A stretch of DNA of 64,000 nt from Leidyana gryllorum EB-2025a (taxonomy: Eukaryota > Protista > Apicomplexa): positions 682,001 to 746,000 of the forward strand of contig JBLWGC010000104.1 of assembly GCA_048772705.1 (NCBI GenBank), given 5' to 3'. The translations under genes were made by a program, and so were the position numbers. The notes beneath the pieces were generated by a model. That model saw only the letters and a list, made by a program, of their open reading frames with translations, had not been told where the DNA came from and did not search any database. Below, piece by piece: positions 13,023-25,719 of this stretch (position 1 is the stretch's first letter; each line of letters begins with the position of its first letter).

Positions 13023-13105
13023 TCGTCCGCTGAGCGTCATTGACATGACTAATGCCCCTGAGCAAGGATAGTTTTTTCAGGAAAGAAAGCACGGGGGTAT
13101 CTCAA

Positions 13106-13175
13106 AGTCCCAAGATCTCACACACCCCCCCTTCGGGCGCATTGGTCCTTCGGAGTCCCAAGATCTCACACACCC
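13106..13175. repeat. Perfect 22-bp direct repeat AGTCCCAAGATCTCACACACCC (2 copies, 48-bp period)
   Basis: Copies at 13106-13127 and 13154-13175; the spacer contains two CTTCGG motifs. Confidence 0.9.
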
Positions 13176-13211
13176 TTTTCCTCCCCACTCGGGAGGCGGG
13201 CTCTAAACCCT

Positions 13212-14696
13212 CTATTCAGCTTTGGGAGGAGCTCTACCTTCGAATGTGTCTACAGCATCTGCTATCCGCTCGCTAGTCGGATGCCTGGGACCGGTCGGTG
13301 GAGCGGTCAGAGGAGCATCTGCAGCCCTAGGCTGTTCTTGTACTGGACCCGCATATGGCTGCATTTGTGGCTGATGGTATCCGGGCGATGGTTGCGGGGG
13401 TGGGTACTGAGTCTGCGGATATGGCGGAGGTTGCTGATATCCGTAAGGAGGCGCCTGTTGATAACCTTGGGGAGGGGGGTGCTGATAGCCTTGTGGGGGC
13501 GGCTGCTGATATCCTTGGGGAGGCGCCTGTTGATATCCCTGGGGAGGGGGCTGTTGATAGCCTTGCGGGGGGGGCTGGTGATAGCCGTGCGGGTATTGGT
13601 AACCTTGCTGAGGAGAGGGGGGAGGTTGGTATGCAGGCTGCTGTGGCGGGTAACCCTGCGGCGGGTAGCCCGGAGATGGTGGAGGATAGCCAGCGTTGTA
13701 AGTGGGCGGCGGATAGGGAGAAGGGTACGGTTGGCCAGCAGCGGGATAGGCTGCATATCCTGGATCAGGATACTGGGGTGGTATGTGTCCCCCCGGAGGA
13801 GGCTGTTGGGAGGGGTACGCAGGGGGCGGAGCCGGGCTCGCAGTACCACTCGGCGGCGGTGGTTGCCACGGGGCAGCCACCCAACCAGCATCTCCATTGT
13901 ATTGATATTGCTGCTCGGGGACTGGTTGCTGGACAAAGATGATGGATGGATCAGTAGGATCAACGAAAGCGGCAGCACCGCCCCCAATCAGCCGGTCAGC
14001 CTCCGCTTCGGCTGCCTCGTCGCTCCTTTTCGCCGCCAGATGCAGCTTGTAAAATACCTTCACGAACTGAGAACACCCGCCTGCAGACACATCCAGGAAG
14101 ACTCTAGAATCATGTCGCCTCACCTTCTTTGAAGGTGAAGGTCCAAGTTGCTGCCGTGCCGAAATCGTTCGCAGCGTTCTTGGCCTGGATGACAAGTATT
14201 TCCACCCTAGTCCAAGGCGGTAAAACTCACAGGAGGCGACACTCCTTCAAGATAGTTGGCTCCGAAGGTAGGCTGCACGAACCCGGGCGGCTGACCTGAT
14301 TTCTCGCCGCTGTACATTTGTCCCTGTATATAGGTCGGGAGTGAACAGTAGCACTCTGCCTTTCGTACCAATGGGAATTCAGCTGATGACCATCCTTTAT
14401 GTGACGTGAGCTTCCCTTCCTTCAGAAACACACATCGCTTCGTGGTGAGAAACAAGAAGCCTTTGCCTGAATACTTTCTGCGGCACGTCTGGATGCTGAA
14501 GTGTCATACCAGGGCACTCACTTGCCAGCCAATTTCATGTCCAAGGCAATCCCCTTCCGTTTCAACACCAGTTTCTCAGGCGCATATGTCAGCGGTACGA
14601 GGTCCAGTTCTGGTTGATGTTGTGTTTCATGCCATCATTTGAGTGCTTCACAGTACCATTTGCAGATGTCCTTGCCAGTACTGGATTGAAGGCCAT
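13212..14696 (-). CDS. WBP2/PAWP-like protein (GRAM/PH domain + Pro-Tyr-Gln-rich tail)
   Basis: Spliced N-terminus MAFNP..., G.LFLTTKRCVF, SAEFPL and FVQPTFGANYLEG. The tail has PPxY motifs and GYQQPPPQ repeats. Confidence 0.8.
13420..13590 (-). repeat. Coding tandem repeat, 24-bp unit (GYQQPPPQ-like octapeptide, ~7 copies)
   Basis: Visible in translation as GYHQPPPQ GYQQPPPQ GYQQAPPQ GYQQPPPQ GYQHPPPQ GYQQAPPY GYQQPPPY. Confidence 0.9.
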
Positions 14697-14775
14697 TCCA
14701 AATTCTCGATGATGATTTTTGGCATCTGAGTTGTGGGTGGTGAATGCCCCTACTTTGTCAAAGAGGAAACAGTCA

Positions 14776-17618
14776 ATGACCTATCTACAGCAAAGTACTG
14801 GAGAGGGGCGTTCTGCTCCATCGGTCCCCAAGATCAGCGGGCAGCCTGTTGGCACGACAGTTCAAGGCTTGTTGCAAACCTTGGCTCCTAACAAAGTCCC
14901 CAACGGAACCATTGCGGAGAATGTGTGTTCAAGCACACACAGCTTATGCGCGATGGATTTACGCACCGTTCAGTCAGCTGCTGAGTGCAGGCCATCCGAG
15001 CGAGGTCCAATACCCCCCGCTGACCACCATTGTAGCGTTGGGGATTTGCTGATGCGGCGGAAGTACAGCCGACGACTACGAGTTTCCAAAGACGAATATT
15101 TGACCAACTTCCGCTCACCCATCCATGCCGCTTACATTATCAAGGCTAAGATTGGGAGCGGAAGCTGGGGCGCGGTCCATCTGGCAGTGGAACGATCATC
15201 TGGTTATCTGCGAGCTATAAAGAAGATTCCGAAGAAGCCTTCTTTGGATCTAAAACGCTTCCGACAAGAAATGACTATCCTCAAAGGATTTGACCACCCA
15301 CGAATCATCCATCTCTATGAAACCTATGAAGACTTTGCTCATTTGTATATGGTCATGGAATACTGTCGTGGGGGTGAATTGTTCGACCGAATGGTCGAAG
15401 AAGGTCCCATGCCAGAAGCTATTGCTGCATACCTAATGAAACAAGTACTTTCCTCACTTGCATACTGCCATGCGAAGGGAATCGTTCATCGGGACCTCAA
15501 ACCTGAGAATTTCCTCTTCATGGAGAAGGATATCAGGTCGCCACTGAAACTGGTCGATTTTGGGCTCGCCAAGCGAGTGGAGCCAGACACCATTGTAAGT
15601 TTTCGTGATGCGCTACCTACCCATCGCCCTCTCCAAAGATGACTTCTGCTGTCGGTACTGTGTATTATTTGGCTCCTGAGCTACTAACTGGGCGATACAA
15701 CTACAAAGTGGACTCCTGGAGCGCTGGAACAGTTATGTATACCATTCTGTATGGCACGCCTCCGTTTCAGGCAGAGACGGAAACTGGAGTTTTACGAGCG
15801 GTGAGCCGTATGTTCCAGCTCGTTTTATATTGTGCGATGTCAGATCCGCGATGGAAACATCGATTACGGGAAGCGTCCGGTTTCCAATGCAGCAAAAGAC
15901 CTGCTTCGAGGTCTATGCTGCCGAGACCCACAGCGACGGTTGACTCCGTCGGAAGCCCTAAAACACCCTTGGTTCAAATCTCAATGGCCAAGTCCAATAT
16001 TACATCTATCTACACTCATCAGTATGGCAACGAGATCATATCCAAATTTAGCCGCCTCTAATGACGAAACCATCGCGAGTCCGGGCGCAACCACCTGTGC
16101 CAGTATGCCTGTTCTCCCCCCTACCGGTTCTTCCTTCGATGAATATTGTTGCGACTTCGCGGAGCTGTCGCACATTCACGCCAAAAAATGCCCCAAAGCG
16201 ACAAATCGCACGCTCTCCCCTCCTATGAATACTCGATATTGCGGTTCCCCAAGTCGTCAAGATCTAGAAGATCTGGAACCGTGCTTGAGTACAGCCATGT
16301 CCCACTTACGAAAGCTCGGCTTGCAGCATCCAGAAGAGACTGCACAACTGGCCGAACGTCTCATGGCAAAATGGCGGCATTACGCTACTCTCAGCCCTCT
16401 CAAAAGAGCGGTCCTATCGCTTTGTGCTCAACAAGTCGAGCATGCGCGCGAGCTCGCGTACATTCGCTCAATATTCGACCTCTTCGACACTGATGGGGAT
16501 GGTGTCTTATCATTTGATGAGATCATTGCTGCATTGACACGATTGCGGTCGTCCAATGATTATGCTGGAAGGGATGACGGTTCGTCGTCTTCATCCTGCA
16601 TCATAGATCCCCAGCTAACTGCTGAAATTACAGAACTTGCGTCTTACGTGGATTTGGATGGAAATGGCTTAGTTGAATACTCAGAATTCGCTGCAGCATG
16701 CTTGGATCCAAGCACATATCAACAACCTGCCGCCGGGAGAGCTATCTTTCGTCTGCTGGATCGTGATGGAGACGGCAGAATAGGTCCCGGGGAATTGAAG
16801 GCTGCACTTGGCTGGAACAAGTACGGACCCCCTCTTCAGCTCACTGGAAACGGGCTTACGACGACGGATTATATTTTCCATTCGCCACCACCGTCTAATA
16901 CGCTTCGCTGCACGGGAGGGAGCCTGAAAGAGACTCCAGAGTCACCACGTTGGCATCCTGCGGAGACTGTGCGGAATCAGGAATCGGTCAAACCCACGCC
17001 GGCCAAAGAGAGTTCCTCCACGGCTGATGGTATGGGATTGGCGAGTACCGCCACATCTGACCATGACTTTGTCAAGCACCTTTTCGAGGAAGCCGATTTA
17101 GATAACGACGGTTTCATTGGGTTCGAGGTGAGTAATAAGGTTGTGTGCTCCATGCTGGCATGAGCAAAAGTGTTCCGCTCAACATGTCATTCGATGCTGT
17201 GTGGTGTTCCAAATGACTGTGAGACCGATTGATTGTGTTTGTTCTCGATCTGCTCTGACACTTTCCATACTTGATGTTTCAACAGGATCTCGAGGCACTT
17301 CTGTGTGCGCCAGACATGAATGAGTGCTGCTGCCGTTTGTATGATGCGGCTGAGATGGCTCCACCTGCCTTCTATGAGGAAATCTATGGAGGAGCCTCCA
17401 AGGACCGATTTGACTTCGCTGCTATTACTCGGCGGCACAGCAGTCGTCTGAGTGTTGAGGACAAGGCGACTGCGAGCTTAACAAATTCGAGAACGCCTGC
17501 TTGGACGGGCGTGCAGCATCATGGGGGTGGTTTCACAGCGGAAGCAATGCAGGAATTACAACAGATGACGCTGGACGCCCAAAGGCGACAATTAGCGCGA
17601 GACCGGCATCTAGGGTAG
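14776..17618 (+). CDS. Calcium-dependent protein kinase (kinase + 4 EF-hands)
   Basis: Kinase motifs [20 protein letters not shown] and APE. EF loops [36 protein letters not shown] and [12 protein letters not shown]. Introns ~15595-15638, 15801-15843 and 17128-17285. Confidence 0.92.
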
Positions 17619-17746
17619 CAGTACCTTTCTTTGGATGAGAGTTATGCATATATATATACATAAGAAAAGGAGTGTATGGAACACAGAAATGTTGAGGGAA
17701 CCTCCTTCACAGTAGGATGCATTGAAGATAAAAATTCCTTGTAACA

Positions 17747-20700
17747 ATGCTGGAGGAGGAGAGGCTTTGCCGGGTAAGAGGAGCGAGCAGAGACGTGTAA
17801 ACATGTGATATGGAGTACAGATATGCCGACAGACTGAGAGCGAGGGGATTCTATATAACCCATGCAGGTGTACAGGTTCTATCAAATATGTGCATCAGGA
17901 ATGTCTACAGTGAGCTAACCATTGAATTGTGGTTCTGTATCTTGCCATATATCTGTATGATAGTCGGTGGCTTGACCATAAGCAAATTGAGCGTTGTGAG
18001 CTATGCGGTGCTTCCTTCAAGTATAGAACGGTATTTGTTGAGGGCGCGCCTTCACGGTTACCCGTCAAGGACTACTTCCCGGGTAAGTGCGTGTGCGACT
18101 TGCGGTCGCTTGTGGTGAACCCTCTACGAGCCGTTGGTGATCTCCATGCTGAATGCGTGCATGAGTGTCTAAACTGACGCAACTGTTGTTCATCCTCAGC
18201 TGTTTGGGATTATTACCGGAGCGGCCGGGCACGAGCTCCACGACTGCTGTTTGTGATGACATTGTGGTTGGTGGCATTGCCATTGGCAGTGTTGGCGGCG
18301 AGTCGGTTCCTCCTCTATGGTCCATACAGTCCTCGGCCGCTAATTGATAGTTTTGGTGAAGTGCCTAGAACGCTGTTGACGGGCATATTGTTGGCTCTGG
18401 GGGGGATTGGAGTTTTGGCGATGGAATCGTTCGTGGACTCGGCGATCTCCGACTTTGTTCGCTTCTTCACATGGTGGAGACGTCGGACAGCGATAACGAA
18501 TTCGGCGCGTGGAACACGAAGTCTGGAGAGGTCCCCGCCCCCCACTGAGGAGGGACGAGGATATGCTCGCAACCCGGTTGCGAGTAACGCTCCCCCTGGC
18601 CAAGTCCAGACGAATAGCCCTGCAGAACAGGGTCAATCGCCTGCGTCTCAGGAGGCTTCCTCCAGTGCGCGTTTTTCTCCAATGCGAGACCGGTTACAGG
18701 GGACTCGGAGACCATCGGCGGAAGCGAGCCACTTACAATTGATCAATGACCCAATCTATGTGGGGAGAATCGCGGCCGTCCCAAAGCTGCGTGGAGAAGA
18801 ACATTGGGGGATTCTGCCAGACGTTTTGTTGGAGGAGCGCTTGGCAACACTGGAAAGCTGGCAGGCGACGCCGTCACGGGAACGTCGACACTCGAGGCCA
18901 TTCGAGGTGCCTCCGGACGCAATACACAGCTCCCGTGGTCTGAGCTGGCCGCCAAAGATATTAGGCCGTCGGGGGAGGTGGGAGAGCCCTTACGATGGTG
19001 TGCCAATACAGAGGGCGGTGGCCAGCCGAGAAGGGCACTTGGCATCAGCTGTAGAAGAGTATGATCAAGTTGGAGTGCTAGCACTTCCTCGTGTTGGACG
19101 GTCACTCTCGGCTCCACCAGAAGCTTATTTCGAGGATGTTGAAGTCTCAGGATCTCTTGAGCAAGTTGGTGGGCCTACCGGTTCCGTAAACGAGGACAGC
19201 CAACAAGTATTGGTAACACCATTTGGAACCTACGTTACGGCGCTGTATGGGACTGCACGTCCCGCTGGTGCCGCAGACAACTCGGCGGAGGCCACAGCTG
19301 CTGCTGATGTGGGACATTTGGGCGAAAACTTGAGAGTCACTGTCGATGCTGCCAATCCCAACCCTCCTGAAATGGATGGAAGTCTTGGAGGAGCCGAAGC
19401 TGAAGATGCCGCAGTTGGAAATAGCCGAGAGGTCGAGTTCACACCACAAAGCCCTCGCAGTGCACAGGTAGGGGCTGAACCACTTGCTGTTCGTGACGTA
19501 ACCGCGACTATGAACCGCGTGGAGGATTCTGAAGCGGCCGCAACTGTGAACCGCGTGGAGGATTCTGAAGCGGCCCCTTTGTTCCCCGGTGACCCGATCG
19601 GCGATGACGTCAGTAGTTCGATTGTCAACCAGACGGTGGAGGGGGCAGAACCACACAATGCGACGGAGGGCGAAGGTCGTACTCAAGGAGAGGTACCGGA
19701 TGGTGGAGTGGCTCTCGAAAGTGGTCGAGGTGGGTCAACTACAACACAAAATCCTACGCCCCAGGCATTGACTGAAGACGAGGAAGCCGAATTGTGGACA
19801 TGGGCTGGGTTGCGTGGGCCTCTCTATAAGACATTTGCGTGTGCGACAATGCTATGGGCAGCTTCCATCATTTTCATTGTGCTCATGGGCTTCCTGCTCC
19901 ATGGCAGCGGGAAAATGACCCTTCGAAGAGCGTTGGAGTACGAGTTGCGTCACCAAATGACCAATCACATGCCGGGGTTGATCGTTCCTGCGTTGCAGCA
20001 GGTGACTCGTGAATTGCCGCGTTACCCCTTACAAGGCGTCACCTGCGACAACTGGGGGCGACAGATGATGGATCAGCCTTTGGAAGAAGCTTTCAGCAAC
20101 ATCACCGGACTGCTGAGAACCTCAGAGGAACGAGGGTTTGAGAGTGGCTGTAATCTGGAATTGGCGGTTCGAGCCTATCGCGAGCCACTCTTCTATCTGG
20201 CCAGTGGCCGATCTCTTCGAGCCTGGTACCCCTTCGTGATGAATTTTGTTGTTGATCTCTTTAGCTGGCTGAGAGACATGTGGAAGCCCCGTAAGTTACC
20301 GGTGGTGGAAGTGTGGAAGTCGTCTGTGCGACTGGACCTCTCCAGCTTCTTGGACGAATGGTCGGGGATTATCGACGGGGCTTATGAGTCGGTGAAGAGC
20401 AATGGAGGCTCGCGGCGGATGCAACCGACTAAACTGTTCGAGACAGCATTTAGTCCAAGCTCTGTTCCAAGAAAGATCGCGAATGCAGCGGTGGGGAGTG
20501 TCCAGCAGCTGCCCTCAGTTGGATTCGAGCTGGCGGATGCGGTAACCATCAAAGCAGCAGATATGGTTGTGAGACTCTACGGACTTATATACTCGCTTCT
20601 TCAGCGACAGCAGGGTTTCTCGCGCGAGAACCGGCACAGCACTCGAATGTTGATCGAGATTTTCGCTCAGCTTCCGGACACCGGGCCGCCCGCACTCGAG

Positions 20701-23700
20701 TTGACCTCCCCCGCAGCAGACATGTATTGGAAGATGCCCAAAGAGACGATTCTGAGACCTTGGCGTCTTCCACTTCTCGAAACCGCCCCAGATCATGCTC
20801 CCTCAGCCACGATTTCGGGACAACGTATAGCTCTGCGTCCTGCAATTGATTCTCCAGTGTCGATTTTGGGTCAAAGCCATCTTGAGCTCAAGGTCCTCGG
20901 AATTGAATGTGGATTCCGCGTTCCATTCACCGTTCTGGGCCGCTTTGTTCTGGAACCTGACAACTCACCTCCTGCCGCCATTCTTGCAGCGCTTCAATCT
21001 TTGGACCGGAGCCAGGACACCACCTTCTTTCCGAAACGTTTTGGCACAAACGGCGGGGTTCCATCTTCACCTGGAGCCCGATTCGGGCCACTAAGGCTCA
21101 CATATGAGATTCGGCCGATTCTTCATCCTCTGCCTTTCAGTGGAGGGAAGAAGCGGTGGATTATACTCTGCTGGGTTCTGGGCCTGCGAAATTACATTCT
21201 CGGGATGTCGGCCTGTATGCAGGTGCTGATAACTGCTGGGATCGTGGCGTTCTTTGTCTGGCCCTCAAGTCTTCACACTGGTACCTTGTCAAGCTCTGAC
21301 GATCATTCTTGGATCCCCAGACGCATAAGGGGTGCTTTGCGAGTTTTGGTGGACTTGGCACATTTTGCGGTTTCCCTATTTGACATCGGCTATCGCTGGA
21401 CCCTCCGGTGGACATGCAAGGTACTTCTGCCTGTACTACTTGGCCGTTTCGTGATGCGCGTGGGCGCACACACGTTATGGCTGCAGATCCCTGCTGCAAT
21501 TTCGGCTTATCATCTTGATCGTAATTCCATCGTGATAGGGATCGCAAGCCACTTGATCGGGACGTTTATAACGTTCTTCATCGCCACCGCGTCCCTAAGA
21601 GTCTTGGAAGTACTCCAGGCTCGACATGCGGAAACCACCATACTGTACAACAAGTACACATTGGCTTACTTTGTGTTCAGCTATGCTGTCCTGAGCAGCC
21701 TGACTGATATTCCGGGAGTCGAGGGGTCAATCACGCCTGGCCGTGAAACAGCGGGTAATTCATCGACACTGCCTTCCGGTCGACACGCTGGCGATATCGT
21801 GCGGCTGTTACCAGCGGCGGGGGCGAGGGTTGAGGCTGCAGAACAAGACACTGCCGGACAAGGGAGCGGCAGAGAAGAAGATATGATACCGGCACCGGAC
21901 CGCGTTGTGGATGGGAGTGGATTGTCTTCAGAATTGCATCATCATCAACTGCGGATACTGAGTGCTGCCGCTCGAGCTGATTCAACGACACCATTTCTGC
22001 TCCATGAACAGCCGCTCGACGGGGCACCCAGTCTATTGGCGATGGCTCGCATAGTTCAAGCCTACTTTACGACTGCAACGTGGGCTGAGTTGTTTGAGTC
22101 ATTGCTATTCTACGGACTGTTATTGACCGCTATGGTAGCTCTGGCACTGTACATTAGCGCTCAGATGGTCAGTTTGATAACGCCCTGGCTGCTGCCTCTG
22201 CGTTTGTTCCCGACTGCGTTGACAGTGCAAGCAGCTCGAAGACCTTGGACGGCGATGCTTCTGGAGTTCTTCCTGTTTGTTGGGAATATGATAGGAGGTG
22301 TGGGTCCAACTAACGAGATGATTTCGACCTCGAGATGGATATATCGCGGTGTCATGATGTTGGGAGGGGTGGTTCTCTATGCCAAAACTTCTTTCACGTG
22401 GCAATCAGCTCCCAAGATGCGAAGCTTGACGTCGGTTGCGGTATGGACGCTGAAACTTGCCGGTTTTTCGAAGTGCCTGCGGTCGGCATATGTTCCGGCT
22501 CCAGCTAGCCTTGACGCTTCGAACACTGTCAGTGGGTCATCACAACAGTCAGCGGTTGCTGCATGGCGATCGTACTTGTCTCAATTATCGCGACTCCGAG
22601 TGCTTTCTTTCCTGTCTCCGAATCCTGTTAGGAACGACATAAGTTGGCTCCACACGGATTCTGCGGCGGCCCCTTGCGGACGAAACACGATGAGTTGTGA
22701 GACAGTTCATTGTCTGTTGAACGCTCGACCACACCACCACACTATTGCTAACTCGGATAGTTCGACAAGTCCAATGGGGGGCCGGCAGTCCGAGGCCGGC
22801 AGAACAACAATGTTTGTTCGGCGGTCGGCTCGATTGTTCGATATGCCTCGAGGATGGCACGTACATGAGATCGCTTTGGTGATCACTAGCGACATTGAGC
22901 GACTTTATATTGCTGAGGACCGTTTTTATGGGGTTGATTTCCGACGTAAGAATGGTAGAATCGGGGAGTACCGGCTTCAAAGAGTTCCAAGAAACGACTT
23001 TGTGATGGCCGGAGTGTTTGTTGCCTCTATCACGACCATCGATGAACATGGACTTGAGGACCCGTCCAGCACCAAAGCGGATGTGATGTTCCACGTCTAT
23101 ATGCCAAACTGCGAAGTTCCCAACACTGACCCCAACAACATCCGGTTCGCAGGCAGTCGAGTGTTTGTTGTCAGTCAGGACGTCACTCGTTGTCGCGATC
23201 TGGTGTTCCGCCCGACGAGGACGCAGCGTCCAGTGGGTACTGCTGGCCCGTCTGGCAACACCACCAAACATTCCGTGACTTCATCCTCGAGAGGAACGTC
23301 CTCTGAGAGGTCCATTGATTCATCAGCGATCCCGGCGACTGCTTCGTCCACGGTGGAATCCCTTGCGAAACTTCCCGGAGACCCTCTGACATCAAACTTG
23401 AGTCGGATATCGCAAGCCCCGGCGAGATCGTATTGTCCGAGTCTGAGGGGTTTGGAGAGAGACAGTGGGGGACGGTCGTTCAGTCTGCCCTGCTGTGCCC
23501 GGGGATTCTTTATGACTGTAGACGAAGACGCCCAAACTGGTGCCTCCCACCACCACAACAACAGGGATTTGAGCTCACGGTTGCAGGGTCGAACAATTGG
23601 GACTGATGAGCCCCAATATACGTTCAGATATGTTGTCGCATCTGCACCTTCGTCCATTCAGGAGGCCACAACGAGCTGGTGGAGCGTTTTGGTTAATGGG

Positions 23701-24860
23701 ACCGACCGCGCGTGTCCGGCGGTGGTAGCCGTGATTATGTTTGGAGCAATGGTGATTGCTTGCACGTTCTCGATTGCGCTGCCAATTGGAGTGGGACGGC
23801 AGGCCATCAGTTTGGGCGCATACTTCCTAAGTGGAGGACAGAGTTCGATGGGCTTTTGGAGAGCTCTGTTGGATCCGTTCGCTATTGAGCAGATAAGTCG
23901 GCCGCAGCTACAAACACTGGCTGAGTTGGCCCAGCAAGACTTGAGTTTGGACCATACTGTTCAGAATATTCCTGAGGACATACTCCATCTTGGAATACCA
24001 ACGGCACGAATTCCCGATCTGACTACATATGCAGCAGGCCTAATTCTGATGACGATTGCAGGATGGAGTATATCCACCCTTGTTTCATCCCGGAGGAGTT
24101 ACTTGGCGTGGTGGACATTCAGCGCACCGTGGCTGGTGATCTTCCAAAGAGCCGCACGATTACTGGCATTCGGTATTGGACTACTTATTATTTTCGTTGG
24201 AATGCCAATCGCCTCTGGCTGTTGGATCGATCTTGCTCTGATACGTCCCAATATCACAGCATTGGATCTAAGATTTTACCGCTTTGTTCAATGGGGTCTG
24301 ATCGGTCTCGCCCCCTTCTGGTTGTGGGTGACGTCTCTGTATGGGACGGGTTTCAGTGTGTGGGTCCACCCTCTCTTTGTGCTGGGCGGGCCTTCGAGTG
24401 ACGTTGGCCCTCTGCAGGAGGTGAGTTTGATGGAACAGTCGGTCGGTCACATTTGCTTTCCTCAGATTGGATACACTGTGGTGATGGAACCAACTTCTGC
24501 GTTGCGGGCAGTAATGTCTCAAGGGAGGAAGGTGAAGCTGCTTTACCTTGGGATTCTGGTTCCAATCTTCTTTGACTACGCGGAGCCGTTATTCATTCCA
24601 TTGTTTACACACTTGATGTATCGGCTGCTGTGGGGCCCTGCGGGGTCTCTGTGGCCGTTTATGAGTCACCCAGTGCTCTACTACTGTGTGTCGCGCGGGG
24701 GAGGTGCTTTGGTGAAGATGGAGATTGTGTAAGTGATGACGGTTTGTAGTGTTCAGTATCAGAGTATTTTTGGTGTAGGGGGTTACGCGAGATTTATCAG
24801 AAGATGTGGAGCGACCGATACGTATTACGGCAAGTGTTGTGCAATATAGGGGAGGATTAG
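17747..24860 (+). CDS. DOA10/MARCH6-type RING-CH multi-pass ERAD E3 ubiquitin ligase, greatly expanded
   Basis: Spliced 5' exons give CRICR...[22 protein letters not shown]...[14 protein letters not shown]...PSRLP (RINGv). The large exon 18253-~24690 has many TM segments. The last exon gives [18 protein letters not shown], like the MARCH6 C-terminal element. Confidence 0.85.
19511..19575 (+). repeat. In-frame 36-bp tandem duplication (NRVEDSEAA x2)
   Basis: TGAACCGCGTGGAGGATTCTGAAGCGGCC at 19511-19539 and 19547-19575. Confidence 0.9.
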
Positions 24861-24887
24861 ATTGTCCTTTTTTTACCTATTTTCCTG

Positions 24888-25646
24888 ATGCCTGGAGCTG
24901 CTGACGAGACGCCGCGTCCGATAGCTAGTATGAATGGGGCTTTATCCGAGGGAATAGCGGCTTACGAGGACGACAGTGTGCAGTTCGAGGATCTATGCAA
25001 ATTTATCGGCTTGTCAGATCGAGACTTTCAAAGCCTCAGGGAGAATGAGACTGTTCTGCACACCATCGTCGATGCCATTTCCCCCCAAGTCTACAAGCAT
25101 TTGCTATCATTCCCGCACACCAAGCGAGGTCTGCGCAGTCGGCGACAGGGGAATGAGTCAATGAGCGCCCTTCTGCCTGAGCGCGTGAAGAAGTTTGCCA
25201 TATATCTGAAGCAGTTGACGTCATGGCCCAGCCATGATCTCCCGGGACTCCAAAAGCTGATGAACGGAATGGGAATGTTACACCACAAATACGTGGAGGT
25301 CTCCCTCAGCCATCTGGTGCTCTCCCTGGGTGCTGCACAAAACATGATTTTGTCAGCAGTCGCGAGCGACGATATGATCAAGCAGAAAGCCGAGCTTTTG
25401 AATGCTCTTTCCAAACTTCTGTGGCTGCAGGCTGACTCATTCGTCACCACCTATCACACATTCCACAACTTCTCTCCCAAGAAACCTACTTCACAGCACA
25501 AAAATGCCGCACCCATCCCGGAAACCTCAGACAAGAACACCGCGACGGAAGACGATGAGGATGACGACGAGGAAAAGCCAACCACTGCCACGTCTCCCAA
25601 GAACGTCAACGGCACACCACCACCCAAGAACACCAGTCGTATGTAA
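24888..25646 (+). CDS. Single-domain protoglobin/sensor-globin-like protein with acidic tail
   Basis: LCKFIGLSDRD (pre-A/A helix), VYKHLLSF (B/C), YLKQL (E), MGMLH (candidate proximal His) and ALSKLLWLQADSF (H helix) match the protoglobin/fungal sensor-globin pattern. Confidence 0.75.
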   Translation: MPGAADETPRPIASMNGALSEGIAAYEDDSVQFEDLCKFIGLSDRDFQSLRENETVLHTIVDAISPQVYKHLLSFPHTKRGLRSRRQGNESMSALLPERVKKFAIYLKQLTSWPSHDLPGLQKLMNGMGMLHHKYVEVSLSHLVLSLGAAQNMILSAVASDDMIKQKAELLNALSKLLWLQADSFVTTYHTFHNFSPKKPTSQHKNAAPIPETSDKNTATEDDEDDDEEKPTTATSPKNVNGTPPPKNTSRM

Positions 25647-25719
25647 ACAAACTTTCTTTGACCAAAAGTAGTCAGTCTCCTGTCCTCGACAACCACCCAA
25701 CAACAACATGTAAGAAGAC

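Noticed and set aside
13106-13175. Repeat-spacer-repeat as a mini CRISPR array
   Set aside because: Only two copies, no cas genes and a eukaryotic context.
13281-14132. Long alternative-frame and antisense ORFs over the WBP2-like tail
   Set aside because: By-products of the GC-rich Pro/Gln/Tyr repeat lacking stops.
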